DNA of 64,000 nucleotides, from positions 8,920 to 72,919 of the forward strand of contig MHFR01000013.1 in NCBI GenBank assembly GCA_001804285.1. The letters run 5' to 3'. A model generated the notes under the pieces. It had not been told where the DNA came from. It made no database searches and saw only the letters and a program-made list of their open reading frames with translations. Shown here in pieces: positions 38,162 to 50,982 of this stretch (its first letter is position 1; each line of letters starts with the position of its first letter). The DNA comes from Candidatus Danuiimicrobium aquiferis. GTDB taxonomy: Bacteria > Omnitrophota > Omnitrophia > Omnitrophales > Danuiimicrobiaceae. The translations under genes and the position numbers were made by a program.

Positions 38162-39306
38162 ATAATATAAAACCTCGAAAAATATGGAACAGGGTTCTGA
38201 TTGTCCATCCGTTTGGGATCGGTGATGTTTTATTCATTACGCCCGTGATCAGGAGTTTGAAAGAACAAGGCGTTCAAAAAATCGATCTTCTGCTTGGAAG
38301 CCGCACGCGTGAGATTTTTAAATACCACCCCGATGTTAATGAAATGTTTGAATGGTCAAAGGACCGGCCGAAAACAATAAAAGCACGGTTGGAACGTTGG
38401 GCCAGCCTTTTAAAAATGTTTTTTTGCATATGGAGAAATCGTTACGAAGCGATGCTTGATTTTTCACTGTCCCGCGAATATGCGTTTTTGGGGAAATTTG
38501 TTTTTGGAATTCCGGTTCGCGCGGGATTTGATTTTAAACAGCGCGGAATTTTTTTAAGCCATAAAATTTCTTTGTCTGAAGGGTTTAACGGAAAACCCGT
38601 AGCCGAGTATTATTTAGAATTGCTTGAATCACTCGGAATTAAAAAGGAAAAGTCCCGTTTGGAATTTTTCCTTGGGCAGGAAGATCTTGAAGAAAAAAAT
38701 AAAATATTTAAACAAAACGGGATTGCTGAAGACGAATCTTATTTGGTTGTTGCTCCCGGCGGCGGTGAATCCTGGGGGAAAGATGCGCATCTCAAGCGTT
38801 GGCCTCTTGAGCATTTTGCGGCGCTCATATGCCAAATGAGCAGAGAATATGGGAGTTTGTTTCAGAGCGTTGTCATTTTGGGGAGTAAATCGGAAAATGA
38901 GTTAGGGAAAGAATTGAAAGGATTACTTTCCGGATTTCGTGTATTTAATTTTTGCGGACAAATACCGATCCGCGCGAGCGCGGCAATCATGAAACATGCG
39001 AAGTTGGTTTTGGCGAATGACGGCGGGATCGTTCATCTTGCGAGTGCTTTAAAAGTTCCGGTTGTTGCAATTTACGGGCCGGTTGATCACAACGTATATG
39101 GTCCGTATCCGAAAAATCCATTGTCGCTTGCGATTTATCATCCGTCTCTTTCTTGCCGGCCGTGTTACCGGAAGATGCGATATCAGTCGGGCTGTTGCTC
39201 GGTGGAATGCTTGAAATCCTTATCTCCCGAATATGTTTTCAGTGTTATTAAATCAGAAAAGTTGATTGGTCAGTTGTTGGGGGATCGAAAGGCCGGAAAG
39301 GTATGA
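38158..39306 (+). CDS. GT9 family glycosyltransferase
   Basis: PFGIGDVLFITP, KRWP, NDGGIVH, YGPV. Confidence 0.9.
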   Translation: MNNIKPRKIWNRVLIVHPFGIGDVLFITPVIRSLKEQGVQKIDLLLGSRTREIFKYHPDVNEMFEWSKDRPKTIKARLERWASLLKMFFCIWRNRYEAMLDFSLSREYAFLGKFVFGIPVRAGFDFKQRGIFLSHKISLSEGFNGKPVAEYYLELLESLGIKKEKSRLEFFLGQEDLEEKNKIFKQNGIAEDESYLVVAPGGGESWGKDAHLKRWPLEHFAALICQMSREYGSLFQSVVILGSKSENELGKELKGLLSGFRVFNFCGQIPIRASAAIMKHAKLVLANDGGIVHLASALKVPVVAIYGPVDHNVYGPYPKNPLSLAIYHPSLSCRPCYRKMRYQSGCCSVECLKSLSPEYVFSVIKSEKLIGQLLGDRKAGKV

Positions 39307-40106
39307 AGAAGTTTTTCGTCTCCATATACATTTTGATCAGCTTGATGGCGATGACGGCGGGATGCCGCGCAGTGAAATTTCAGGGTTTAAGCAGCGAAGA
39401 TAGTTTGGGTGCCCTATCGGGTAAACAGGAACAGAAAATTCGAGTTTATGAACGGTTGAAATACAGCATTCGATGGATGGGAGTAGAAGTCGGAACGGCC
39501 GAAGGAAAAGTGGAAGGAATCGAAAAGGTAAAAGGGCGCGATGCCTATCATATTTCCCTTCGGGTGCTGTCTAATTCGGTGATTAATTTGATTTATCCGG
39601 TGGTTGATGAGCATCATACTTATATCGATGTTAAAGATTTGCATACGCTTCGTTATGAGAAAAACCTTCAGGAAGGCCGCTACCGGGCGAATGAAGTGAC
39701 TGAGTATGATCAGGAAGGGCACACGGCTCTTTTTCATGCTCTCCGCAGCGGGGATCAGAAGGAAATGCTTATCCCCAAACATGTTCAGGATCAATTGTCG
39801 TGTGGCTACTGGTTTCGCTTGCAGCCGATGAAACCGAGTGATACGATTCATATTCCTGTAAATGCGGATGAAAAAAATTGGGATTTGCAGGTAGATATTT
39901 TAAAATATAACCGGCTCCAAATTGAGAATCTGGGTTATTTTGATGCGGTGGAAGTGGAACCTCACGCCAAATTTCAAGGGGTGTTTGTCCGCCGGGGGAA
40001 AGTTCGGGCATGGCAGGGAATCGATGAACGCCGTATTCCGCTGATGATGCAAACGACAATTCCCGTTCTGGGAACAGTTTCCGCAATTTTGGTAGAGTAT
40101 GAATAA
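39303..40106 (+). CDS. DUF3108-like lipoprotein
   Basis: Lipobox TAGC; ERLKYSIRWMGVEVG, RRIPL pattern. Confidence 0.65.
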   Translation: MKKFFVSIYILISLMAMTAGCRAVKFQGLSSEDSLGALSGKQEQKIRVYERLKYSIRWMGVEVGTAEGKVEGIEKVKGRDAYHISLRVLSNSVINLIYPVVDEHHTYIDVKDLHTLRYEKNLQEGRYRANEVTEYDQEGHTALFHALRSGDQKEMLIPKHVQDQLSCGYWFRLQPMKPSDTIHIPVNADEKNWDLQVDILKYNRLQIENLGYFDAVEVEPHAKFQGVFVRRGKVRAWQGIDERRIPLMMQTTIPVLGTVSAILVEYE

Positions 40107-40121
40107 GGTCGAGGAGGGGTT

Positions 40122-40937
40122 GTGTTGACTTTTGTTAAACGATTTTTAGCGTTTTTAGTTTTACTTTTAATTGTGCTTGATGTCGTATTTATTACTTTTC
40201 CTTTAAAGGGGCACATTCCGGTGCTGATGTATCACTATGTTGTGCCGGAAAAACAGGTTGGGCCGACAACGCTTGATGTAAGTACAAAAAATTTTGAACA
40301 ACAAATGTGGTTCTTGAAGCGTTTTGGATTTAGGCCGATTACCCTGGAGCGTTTATATCAAATTAAAACGGGGAAAGCCAAGGCGCTCGGAAAAGAAATT
40401 GTCATTACGTTTGATGACGGAAATAAGTCTTACGCGGAATATGCGATGCCGATTCTTGAGAAGTATGAAATTCCGTCCGCGAATTTTATCATTTGGGATG
40501 CGCTTGCGAACGATTTATACGGAAGTATGAATACGGAAACAGCCAAGAAAATTGCCAAGAATCCTTTGGTCACTTTTGGTTCGCACACCGTTGAACATTC
40601 GAGTCTCGATCAGGTAGATTTACAAAAAGCGGAAAAAGAAATTTTTGAATCACGAACAAAGTTAAAACGGGAATTTCAGACGCGAATTGACTATTTCAGT
40701 TATCCGGTCGGCGCATATACCGACGCGGTTATGTCATTGGTTCAAAAGGCGGGTTACCGGCTGTCTTTTACAACGTCGATCAGGAATCTGTGCGGCCATC
40801 CGGAAACTCTATTCAACCTGCCGCGTATTAAAATCGGACGGGATGATCCTCTTTTTGTTTTCTGGCTCAAAGCCTCAGGATTAGCCGATTATACCGAAAA
40901 AGTTAAGCTATTCCGAAAGTGTAAGAAACCGGTTTAG
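40122..40937 (+). CDS. Polysaccharide deacetylase (CE4), membrane anchored
   Basis: PVLMYH, ITFDDG, GSHTVEH, FSYPVG, LPRI. Confidence 0.92.
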   Translation: MLTFVKRFLAFLVLLLIVLDVVFITFPLKGHIPVLMYHYVVPEKQVGPTTLDVSTKNFEQQMWFLKRFGFRPITLERLYQIKTGKAKALGKEIVITFDDGNKSYAEYAMPILEKYEIPSANFIIWDALANDLYGSMNTETAKKIAKNPLVTFGSHTVEHSSLDQVDLQKAEKEIFESRTKLKREFQTRIDYFSYPVGAYTDAVMSLVQKAGYRLSFTTSIRNLCGHPETLFNLPRIKIGRDDPLFVFWLKASGLADYTEKVKLFRKCKKPV

Positions 40938-40978
40938 AAACGCCTCTATTTTTTCAATGGGTTTTCCAGTGATACTCA

Positions 40979-41007
40979 TTGACTTCCGATGTGTTCAAAA
41001 TTAAACT
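40979..41007 (+). promoter_or_regulatory. Sigma70-type promoter positioned for a leaderless rmuC mRNA
   Basis: TTGACT-N17-TAAACT; ATG begins 7 nt after the -10; no SD. Confidence 0.55.
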
Positions 41008-41013
41008 AACCCC

Positions 41014-42411
41014 ATGCAAATCCTCATTTTCTTGGCAGGGCTTATCTTAGGTGGCGGTCTCGCATGGTATATCGCTTCGGTGACTCTCCGTGCGCGGCGC
41101 GCTTATGAAATCGGCGAGTTGAAAACCCAAACCCAGATCGCCGAAAGTAAAATGAATTCCCTCCAAACGCAACTTGCCGAAGAACAAAACGAAATTAATT
41201 TGCTACGAAAAGCGCTCGATCAAGAAAAGGAATTTAAAACCGTAGCGGTAACCCGCCTCGAAGAATTAATGAAAAGCTTTGAAAATGAAAAAGTAATTTT
41301 CGAAAAAGCAAAAGAAGATTTAATTAATACATTCAAAGCCTTATCTGATGACGCGCTCAAAAGTAATAATCAGGCTTTTCTCGAATTGGCGAAGGGAAGT
41401 TTGGAAAATGTATTAAAAGAAGCAAAAGGCGAACTCGGAGAAAAACAGGAGTCTTTGAAAGGGTTGGTGGGGCCGCTTGAAAAAACATTGAAACAATTAG
41501 AAACGCACGTGCTTGAAGTTGAGAATAAGCGGCAGAAAGATGGTGGTCGCCTCGAAGAACAAATTCGATCACTCTTAGAATCACAGCAGATGCTTCAAAA
41601 AGAAACGGGGAGCCTTGCGTCTGCGCTTCGCGTTCCGCTCGTGAGAGGGCAGTGGGGCGAGATGACGCTAAAACGGGTGGTGGAACTTTCGGGAATGTCG
41701 GAACACTGCGATTATGTCGAGCAGGTTTCAGTAAGAAGCGAAGAAGGTGTTTTTCGACCGGATATGATTATTTATCTTCCTTCCAATAAACAAGTTGTGA
41801 TTGATAGCAAAGTATCGCTTGATGGCTATTTGGATTCGGTCGAGGCAGTTGGGGATGGAAATAAACTCGAAGCAATGGTTCGGCATGCCCGGCAGCTTCG
41901 GAAACATATGGAGCTTTTGTCGTCCAAGTCGTATTGGAGTCAGTTTCCGAATGCGCCGGAGTTTGTCGTTATGTTTATTCCCGGTGAACATTTTGTGAGT
42001 GCTGCAGTTGCAAATGACAAGACGCTGATTGAAGATGGGATTTTGAATCGTGTGATTATCGCGACGCCGACCACGTTGATTGCGCTTTTAAGAGCGATTT
42101 CATACGGTTGGCGGCAGGAACAGTTAGCGAAAAATGCGCAAGCCATCGCCGAAATCGGAAAGCAAGTGTATGAACGGTTTTTAGCTTTTCTGGCTCATTT
42201 AACCAAAATGAGGACTTCATTAGAACAGAGTGTATTCAATTTTAACCGGACGATCGGATCTCTTGAGGGACGGGTTCTCCCCAGTCTTCGGAAATTCAAG
42301 GAGCTTGGTGTGACAGGAGCGGATGACATTCCGACGATTGAGCCCATTGAGCAAATGCCGCGGGCTTTGGAGACGAAAGAGGTTGCTGAAGAATTAAATT
42401 CAGATGCTTGA
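41014..42411 (+). CDS. rmuC: DNA recombination protein RmuC
   Basis: N-terminal TM, coiled coil, RGQWGE, RPDMII, IDSK, FVVMFIPGE, ATPTTLIALLR. Confidence 0.95.
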   Translation: MQILIFLAGLILGGGLAWYIASVTLRARRAYEIGELKTQTQIAESKMNSLQTQLAEEQNEINLLRKALDQEKEFKTVAVTRLEELMKSFENEKVIFEKAKEDLINTFKALSDDALKSNNQAFLELAKGSLENVLKEAKGELGEKQESLKGLVGPLEKTLKQLETHVLEVENKRQKDGGRLEEQIRSLLESQQMLQKETGSLASALRVPLVRGQWGEMTLKRVVELSGMSEHCDYVEQVSVRSEEGVFRPDMIIYLPSNKQVVIDSKVSLDGYLDSVEAVGDGNKLEAMVRHARQLRKHMELLSSKSYWSQFPNAPEFVVMFIPGEHFVSAAVANDKTLIEDGILNRVIIATPTTLIALLRAISYGWRQEQLAKNAQAIAEIGKQVYERFLAFLAHLTKMRTSLEQSVFNFNRTIGSLEGRVLPSLRKFKELGVTGADDIPTIEPIEQMPRALETKEVAEELNSDA

Positions 42412-42627
42412 ATTTAAAGGACTTCAAAGCTTGGCAACCGTATAAGCATAAACCAGTTACGTTTCTTCAAAATTCTCCTCTCAAACTCCCAAAATCAACT
42501 TTTTTATAAATCATTCTGGTTTTTTTATCCAAGATGTATAGAATATACGCGATTGGTAGTTTTTTGACCGGTCAGATGTTAATTTCATTGAAGTGGTTAT
42601 CAAGAACCAAGAAAGGCGTTAGGAAAC

Positions 42628-43008
42628 ATGCAAACGAGAATATTTGTCGGCAACTTGAATTTCAAAGTGACGAATGAGGACCTGAAACAGCTTTTTGAAT
42701 CGGTTGGGTCTGTGGATTCCGTCACACTGATCCGTGATCGATGGAGCGGGAAACCCAAAGGGTATGCCTTTGTCGAAATGGTGGACAGCGAATCGGCTCA
42801 AAAAGCCATTGAGCTTAATGGTCATGAAATGATGGGACGCAGTATCGTAGTGGCTTTCGCGAATCCAAAGGATCAAGGTAAAAAATTTAGAAAAGGTGGA
42901 CGTTATGATCGGTTTCGGGACAGAAAACCTCGTAATCGTTCGCCCTTTAGAGAAAAAAAGAACTTGTGGGAAAAGATAGTGTCGTTCTTTACTGGTGGTA
43001 GATCTTAA
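42628..43008 (+). CDS. RRM (RNP-1) RNA-binding protein
   Basis: IFVGNL (RNP2), KGYAFVEM (RNP1). Confidence 0.93.
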   Translation: MQTRIFVGNLNFKVTNEDLKQLFESVGSVDSVTLIRDRWSGKPKGYAFVEMVDSESAQKAIELNGHEMMGRSIVVAFANPKDQGKKFRKGGRYDRFRDRKPRNRSPFREKKNLWEKIVSFFTGGRS

Positions 43009-43016
43009 ACCTCATA

Positions 43017-43060
43017 TTCAGGGCGTGCTGCCTTTTGCAGTGCGCCCTGAACTTTCCTTT
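43017..43060. terminator. Stem-loop terminator between convergent RRM gene and metF
   Basis: TTCAGGGCGTGCTGC...GCAGTGCGCCCTGAA followed by a T-rich tract. Confidence 0.7.
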
Positions 43061-43944
43061 TAAACCCCCGAAAGATTCAAGCTTCTAAAAATTTTCCTCG
43101 TAGCGGTAGATTTGTTCAGCGTATAGAAATGTAATCCAGGGGCACCTTTTCTGAGGAGTTCTTCGCATTGCGTGATCGCATAATCTGTTCCAAAAGCTTC
43201 GATGGACGCTTGATCATCGCCGTATCGGAAAATTGCGTTTTGGATTTTCGCTGGAAGCTTTGCGCCGCAGACTCGCGTGAATTTTTGGATTTGAGCGCCG
43301 TTGGTGATTGGCATGATGCCCGGAACAATGGGGAGTGAAATACCGACTGCTCTGCATCGTGAAACGAAATCAAAATAATCATGATTGCTGAAAAAAAGTT
43401 GTGTAATCACAATGTCGGCGCCTTCAGCGACTTTCATTCTTAAATGTTCCAGGTCTTTTTCTTTGTCCGTGCATTCAATATGACATTCCGGATGGCCCGC
43501 GACTGCGATTGTAAATTGATTTCCATACTTCGGATGTTGCCGGATATACCGGACAAGGTCCGCTGCGTAACGGAACCCATTTTCGGGTGATTTGAAATCC
43601 GGTTGATCCTGCGGGATGTCGCCTCTCAGAGCGACAATGTTTTCGATTCCGTCAGAAACGAGTTCCGCCAGAATCGCTTCGATTTCCTGTTTCGTATGCG
43701 CAATACAGCTTAGATGCGCGGCAGATTCGATTCCGATATCGGATTTGATTCGTTTGACAAGGCCAATGGTGTTATTGCGCGTGGTTCCCATTGCGCCATA
43801 AGTGACGGAAATGAAAGAGGGAGAAAGTATTTTAAGCTCGCGAACCGCTTCAAATAGTTTTTTCTCACCCGTGTCATTTTTGGGCGGAAAGAATTCAAAG
43901 GAAAAAGTATATTTATTCTTTTTATAGTAGTCGCTGATTTTCAT
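43060..43944 (-). CDS. metF: 5,10-methylenetetrahydrofolate reductase
   Basis: SFEFFPPK, SVTYGA, ALRGD, ITQLFF, GIMPI, HFYTLN. Confidence 0.98.
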   Translation of the reverse strand: MKISDYYKKNKYTFSFEFFPPKNDTGEKKLFEAVRELKILSPSFISVTYGAMGTTRNNTIGLVKRIKSDIGIESAAHLSCIAHTKQEIEAILAELVSDGIENIVALRGDIPQDQPDFKSPENGFRYAADLVRYIRQHPKYGNQFTIAVAGHPECHIECTDKEKDLEHLRMKVAEGADIVITQLFFSNHDYFDFVSRCRAVGISLPIVPGIMPITNGAQIQKFTRVCGAKLPAKIQNAIFRYGDDQASIEAFGTDYAITQCEELLRKGAPGLHFYTLNKSTATRKIFRSLNLSGV

Positions 43945-43984
43945 GGTTTAAATTCTCTGCGCTTATCAATTAACGGCATTTTTC

Positions 43985-44479
43985 TTACGTGCTTGATTTT
44001 TCACCTATCTGCATTTTTTTCCAATTTTCATCCGCTCTGGAGATAAGTTCGTCCTTTTTGGAATTCCAAGCTAATTGAGCCGTTAATTTTGAGAAAAGAT
44101 AAAGTTTCCCGTTTTCAACATCAAACAGGGTGGGCCGGCTTGAGATCTTCTTACCTGACGCCATCGAGGTTGCGCACCAACCGTCATATTTAGGAAGGTA
44201 ACGTTCCGGATCTATTTTGAAAGAGTCCAAGTTTGCTTCGGAGGAGAATTCGTACACGGTGCCATTATAAGTGTATGAATAGTAGGAATTTCCGCGCATT
44301 ACTTTTCCGTCGCTTTCGGGAAAATATGAAACGGGATCATAGCCGTTCAGGCCGAGAGATGTGACCGTATTTATATCCGCTGTTTCTGAAAAAGCAGAAT
44401 AGTTAGGAACGAGGAAGCCCAAAAATAAAAGCATCAAAAATAAGCGAATACCAAAAGGCGTCATCTGTTTTAAGCTCAT
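43985..44479 (-). CDS. Secreted YHS-domain protein
   Basis: Signal peptide; GYDPVSYF, F..DPERYLPKYDGWCA, RADENW. Confidence 0.8.
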   Translation of the reverse strand: MSLKQMTPFGIRLFLMLLFLGFLVPNYSAFSETADINTVTSLGLNGYDPVSYFPESDGKVMRGNSYYSYTYNGTVYEFSSEANLDSFKIDPERYLPKYDGWCATSMASGKKISSRPTLFDVENGKLYLFSKLTAQLAWNSKKDELISRADENWKKMQIGEKSST

Positions 44480-44639
44480 AGGTAATTCCTTTCCATTATT
44501 AAATTAAAGATAAAAAACATGATTGTATTGTATCAAATTTAATTTTATTTTTGAGTGAAAGTTTTAATTGAAAAAGGGGGCCGTTTGGATTTTTCTATAA
44601 ATTATTTATAAATTCCATCCATGCATATAGTTACGTTAA

Positions 44640-44668
44640 TTGACATGGACAAGGGCGGATGATACACT
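44640..44668 (+). promoter_or_regulatory. Sigma70 promoter with extended -10 for the hldA-kds operon
   Basis: TTGACA-N17-TACACT with TGn. Confidence 0.7.
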
Positions 44669-44725
44669 CAAGCTTTATATTCAGGTCAGATTTTGTGTGT
44701 AAATTGTTTCATCAAACGGAGTAAC

Positions 44726-45794
44726 ATGAAAAAGACAAAGGTTGCAAAAAATTCTAATGGTTTCTTAGATTTTAGCAAGGAACGGCTTCTTACCATTATC
44801 CAACGGTTTTCCCAGACGAGAATTCTTGTGATAGGAGATTTTATATTGGATGAGTTTGTCTGGGGTTCTGTCGAACGGATTTCTCCCGAAGCGCCGGTCC
44901 CGGTAGTGAGCGTTAATCGGGAAAGCTTTGTCCCGGGGGGTGCTTTGAATGTCGCGAATAACATTCGAACGCTTGGCGGAAACGTAAGCCCTTGTGGTTT
45001 GGTAGGGCGGGATTTATGGGGCAGAATGCTTGTGAGGGAGATGAGGCGCGAAGGTGTTGAGACGGGCGGGGTGATTTATGATGCGAATCGCAGAACAACG
45101 CTTAAAACCCGCGTGGTGGCTCATTCACAGCAGGTGGTTCGTTTTGACCGGGAAGATACACAGGAAATCTCAAATGAAGATTTAAAACGGCTTCTGAATC
45201 ATGTGAGACGGGCTTTGCCGGAAATGGATGTGGTGATCATTGAGGATTATGGAAAAGGTTTAATTGTTCCCAAGTTGCTGACTGAAGTGCTGAAGGTTGC
45301 GAAGAAATTGAAGAAGCCCGTATTGGTCGATCCGAAAGAAAAACATTTTGCCTATTATCGCGGTGTGACGGCTATGACTCCGAACCGGAAAGAAGCGATT
45401 GCGGCATATATTCAGGCGAATGGTCCGGTTGAAAACGGAAAAAAACCTGACCTTCATGAGGTCGGCAAAACATTACTCAAACATTTTTCGAGTCAAGCGA
45501 TGTTGATGACATTAGGGGAAGAAGGAATGCTTCTTTTTGAACGGGACGGAAGTATTACAAAAATTCCGACTATGGCGAAAGAGGTTTATGACGTCTCCGG
45601 CGCCGGAGATACCGTGATTGCCGTTCTGGCAATGGCGATGGCTGCCGGTGCTTCGATGAAGGAAGCGGCTCTTATTTCGAATCATGCGGCCGGTATTGTC
45701 GTCGGGAAACTCGGAACCGCAACGGTGACTTCTGAGGAATTAATTTCAGCCATTATTGCCAATCAGCCGAAATTGAAAAAAATGGTGCTTGCCC

Positions 45795-45802
<8 letters not shown>
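44726..45802 (+). CDS. rfaE1: D-glycero-beta-D-manno-heptose-7-phosphate kinase (RfaE domain I / HldA)
   Basis: GDFILD, RISPEAPVPV, GGALNVA, DYGKG, DVSGAGDTV; no adenylyltransferase domain. Confidence 0.93.
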
Positions 45803-48192
<2,390 letters not shown>

Positions 48193-48195
48193 TTG

Positions 48196-49029
48196 ATGAA
48201 AGCCCTTCGAAAGATTAAATTAGGCGAAATTGTTTTTGGCGATCCGAATGGGTTTGTTTTGATTGCGGGTCCTTGTGTTATTGAGGGGGAGAAGGAAGTT
48301 TTACGTCATGCCGAGAAAATTGCCGCAATCGCAAGATCGTTAGAAATTCCATACATATTTAAAGCAAGCTATGACAAAGCCAATCGGACATCGATTGATT
48401 CTTTTCGCGGGCCGGGGCTCAAGGAAGGATTGAGGATTCTCAAACGAGTGAAGGATGAATTCCTGATTCCTGTGTTGAGTGATGTGCATTCCGTTGAAGA
48501 AGCAAACGAAGCCGCAGCAGTACTTGATATTATCCAAATCCCGGCGTTTTTGTGCCGGCAAACGGATCTCGTGGTTGCCGCTGCGAAAACCGGAAAAATC
48601 GTCAATGTGAAAAAAGGCCAGTTTGTGTCGCCGTGGGACATGATCCATGTGATTCATAAAATAGAAGCGGCGGGGAGCCAGAAGATTCTTTTGACCGAGC
48701 GAGGCGCTTCATTCGGATATTCAAATCTGGTGAGTGATTTTCGATCGGTTCCGATCATGCGAGGGCTTGGATATCCGGTTATTTTTGATGCGACGCATTC
48801 CGTTCAAATTCCGGGTGGCCTTGGGAATGCCTCAGGCGGTCAATCGGAATTCATTCCGACCCTTGCGCGTTGCGCTGTGGCGGCCGGTGTCGATGCGATT
48901 TTTCTGGAAGTTCATGAAAATCCGGCCAAAGCAAAATCGGACGGGCCGAACAGCCTGAAATTGTCAATGTTGAAAGATTTGTTGGCGGTTCTTAAGGAAA
49001 TCCGCGAAGCGGCGCCGGTCGGAAGTTAA
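48196..49029 (+). CDS. kdsA: KDO-8-phosphate synthase
   Basis: AGPCVIE, KASYDKANRTS, PAFLCRQTD, DATHSVQ, SDGPN. Confidence 0.98.
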   Translation: MKALRKIKLGEIVFGDPNGFVLIAGPCVIEGEKEVLRHAEKIAAIARSLEIPYIFKASYDKANRTSIDSFRGPGLKEGLRILKRVKDEFLIPVLSDVHSVEEANEAAAVLDIIQIPAFLCRQTDLVVAAAKTGKIVNVKKGQFVSPWDMIHVIHKIEAAGSQKILLTERGASFGYSNLVSDFRSVPIMRGLGYPVIFDATHSVQIPGGLGNASGGQSEFIPTLARCAVAAGVDAIFLEVHENPAKAKSDGPNSLKLSMLKDLLAVLKEIREAAPVGS

Positions 49030-49044
49030 CCAGTGGATGGAACC

Positions 49045-50010
49045 ATGAAGCAAGATCAGTTGTTGGCAAAAAAAATTCTTCAAATCGAAGCGCAGGCGAT
49101 TAAAGAACTCATTTCGCGCCTTGATTCCAATTTTGAAAAAGCGCTCGATCTTATGCAAAATTGTTCGGGCCGGGTTGTGGTGACGGGGATGGGAAAGCCG
49201 GGTTTCATCGGCCGGAAAATTTCTGCAACGATGTCATCAACAGGAACGCCAAGCCTTTTTCTGCACCCGGCCGAAGCGATTCACGGGGATTTGGGAATGG
49301 TGACGAAAAAAGATATTGTGCTTGCGATTTCAAATAGCGGTGAGACGGAAGAGATTACGCGGCTCCTTTCGACCATCAAAAAAATCGGGGCGAAACTGAT
49401 TTCCATGACTGGAAACAAAAAGTCTACATTGGCGGTTCATTCGGATGTGGTTCTGGACGTCGGGCTGAAAAAGGAGGCCTGTCCGTGGAATTTGGCGCCG
49501 ACGGCGTCAACAACAGCTGCTTTGGCGATGGGAGATGCCCTTGCGATTTGTTTGGCCAAACGCAAAAATTTTCATGAAGCAGCATTTGCATTTTTACATC
49601 CCGGAGGTAGTCTTGGAAGGAAACTTTTGAAAGTGAAAGATTTGATGCGGCGGGGGAAATCGAACCCCGTCGTTTCGGGGAAAACAACCGTTCAGAAAGT
49701 GCTTTTGCAGATTACGAGTGCTCGCGCAGGTTCCTGTTCGATTGTCGATCGGAACGGAAAACTGGAGGGAATTTTTACGGACGGTGATCTTCGCCGGCAT
49801 CTTGAGGAATATGGAATCGCCATTTTAAAAGAGCCAGTTGAAAAATTTTCGACAAGAAGACCAATGGCAATTATAGAAGATAAACTTGCGGCGGAAGCAT
49901 TGCAGATTCTTCGGGATAAACGGATTGATGAATTGCCGGTAGTGGATAAATATGGAAAAGCGGTTGGCCTTTTGGATGTCCAGGATCTATTAAATGCAGG
50001 ATTTGTATGA
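49045..50010 (+). CDS. kdsD: Arabinose-5-phosphate isomerase (KpsF/GutQ, SIS + CBS)
   Basis: VTGMGK, HPAEAIHGDLG, SNSGET, APTASTT, HPGGSLG, CBS pair; start may be 49033. Confidence 0.95.
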   Translation: MKQDQLLAKKILQIEAQAIKELISRLDSNFEKALDLMQNCSGRVVVTGMGKPGFIGRKISATMSSTGTPSLFLHPAEAIHGDLGMVTKKDIVLAISNSGETEEITRLLSTIKKIGAKLISMTGNKKSTLAVHSDVVLDVGLKKEACPWNLAPTASTTAALAMGDALAICLAKRKNFHEAAFAFLHPGGSLGRKLLKVKDLMRRGKSNPVVSGKTTVQKVLLQITSARAGSCSIVDRNGKLEGIFTDGDLRRHLEEYGIAILKEPVEKFSTRRPMAIIEDKLAAEALQILRDKRIDELPVVDKYGKAVGLLDVQDLLNAGFV

Positions 50011-50046
50011 GAATCTTTGGCCGTTTACTTTTAAAGAGGTTGATCT

Positions 50047-50982
50047 TTGAGTAAGAATAAACCATATCGGTTCGTTTTATATGTGTTGCTCGAAATCGTA
50101 AGACATGTTATTTTGATCTTACCCCGCCTTGTGGGCTATTTCCTTGCGGATGTTATCGGATATACCGCATCTTTGGTATTGCCCAAGGAACAGGCGAAAA
50201 TTAAGAAGAATTTGCGGGAAACGCTTGGAAGCGAACTAACGACGGCCGAACTTAACTGCGTTGCTCCGAAGATTTTTATCAATTTAGCCAAGACAGCGGT
50301 AGATGTTTTCCAGTTTCCGAAATTGAGTCCGAAGCGAATCGAACAGTTGGTGCCGTATTGCGAAGGAATAGAAAACCTCGAGATGGCAGCCAAACAAAGC
50401 CATGGAGTCATAGGGTTAAGTGCGCATATAGGTAATTGGGAACTGGTTGCGGCATTTGTGATGAATTTATTTCCGGATCGGATGGTAGCGGTTATTGCGC
50501 GAAAAATTTATTACGAGCCGTTTGATAAAGTTTTGGTTTCACTTAGAAAATATGGACGGTTTGGCACGATTTACCGGGATGGCGGACTTCGACAGATCAT
50601 TTCGGTTCTGAAGAAAAATGGAATTATCGGAATTGTTCCTGACCAGGACGTTGAAAAGCTGGACAGCATATTTGTGGATTTTTTGGGGCGGCCCGCGTGG
50701 ACACCGACAGCTCCCGCTAAGATATCTTTAGCGACAGGGTCGTGGATCGTTCCCATGTTTATGATTCATGAAAAAAACCATTATCGGATGTACATTGAAA
50801 AACCGATTCTTCCGATAGAAAATATGCCGAAAGAAGAAGCAATTCATCGGATGACCGAGCAATGGTCAGCTGCGGTTGAAAAGTTTGTTCGACGGTATCC
50901 GGACCAGTGGGCGTGGATGCACAACCGCTGGAAGACGCAAGAAAAGCCGGAAGAGATAAAGAGTTTGGAAAGGATTTCGTAA
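50047..50982 (+). CDS. Lipid A lauroyl/lysophospholipid acyltransferase family protein
   Basis: AHIGNWE, PDQD, PDQWAWMHNRWK. Confidence 0.9.
   Translation: MSKNKPYRFVLYVLLEIVRHVILILPRLVGYFLADVIGYTASLVLPKEQAKIKKNLRETLGSELTTAELNCVAPKIFINLAKTAVDVFQFPKLSPKRIEQLVPYCEGIENLEMAAKQSHGVIGLSAHIGNWELVAAFVMNLFPDRMVAVIARKIYYEPFDKVLVSLRKYGRFGTIYRDGGLRQIISVLKKNGIIGIVPDQDVEKLDSIFVDFLGRPAWTPTAPAKISLATGSWIVPMFMIHEKNHYRMYIEKPILPIENMPKEEAIHRMTEQWSAAVEKFVRRYPDQWAWMHNRWKTQEKPEEIKSLERIS

Noticed and set aside
9160-44640. Recurring AGTTACG in promoter regions (near 9166, 42455, 44629) as a regulator or IHF-like site
   Set aside because: Too short and too few instances to distinguish from chance without genome-wide statistics.
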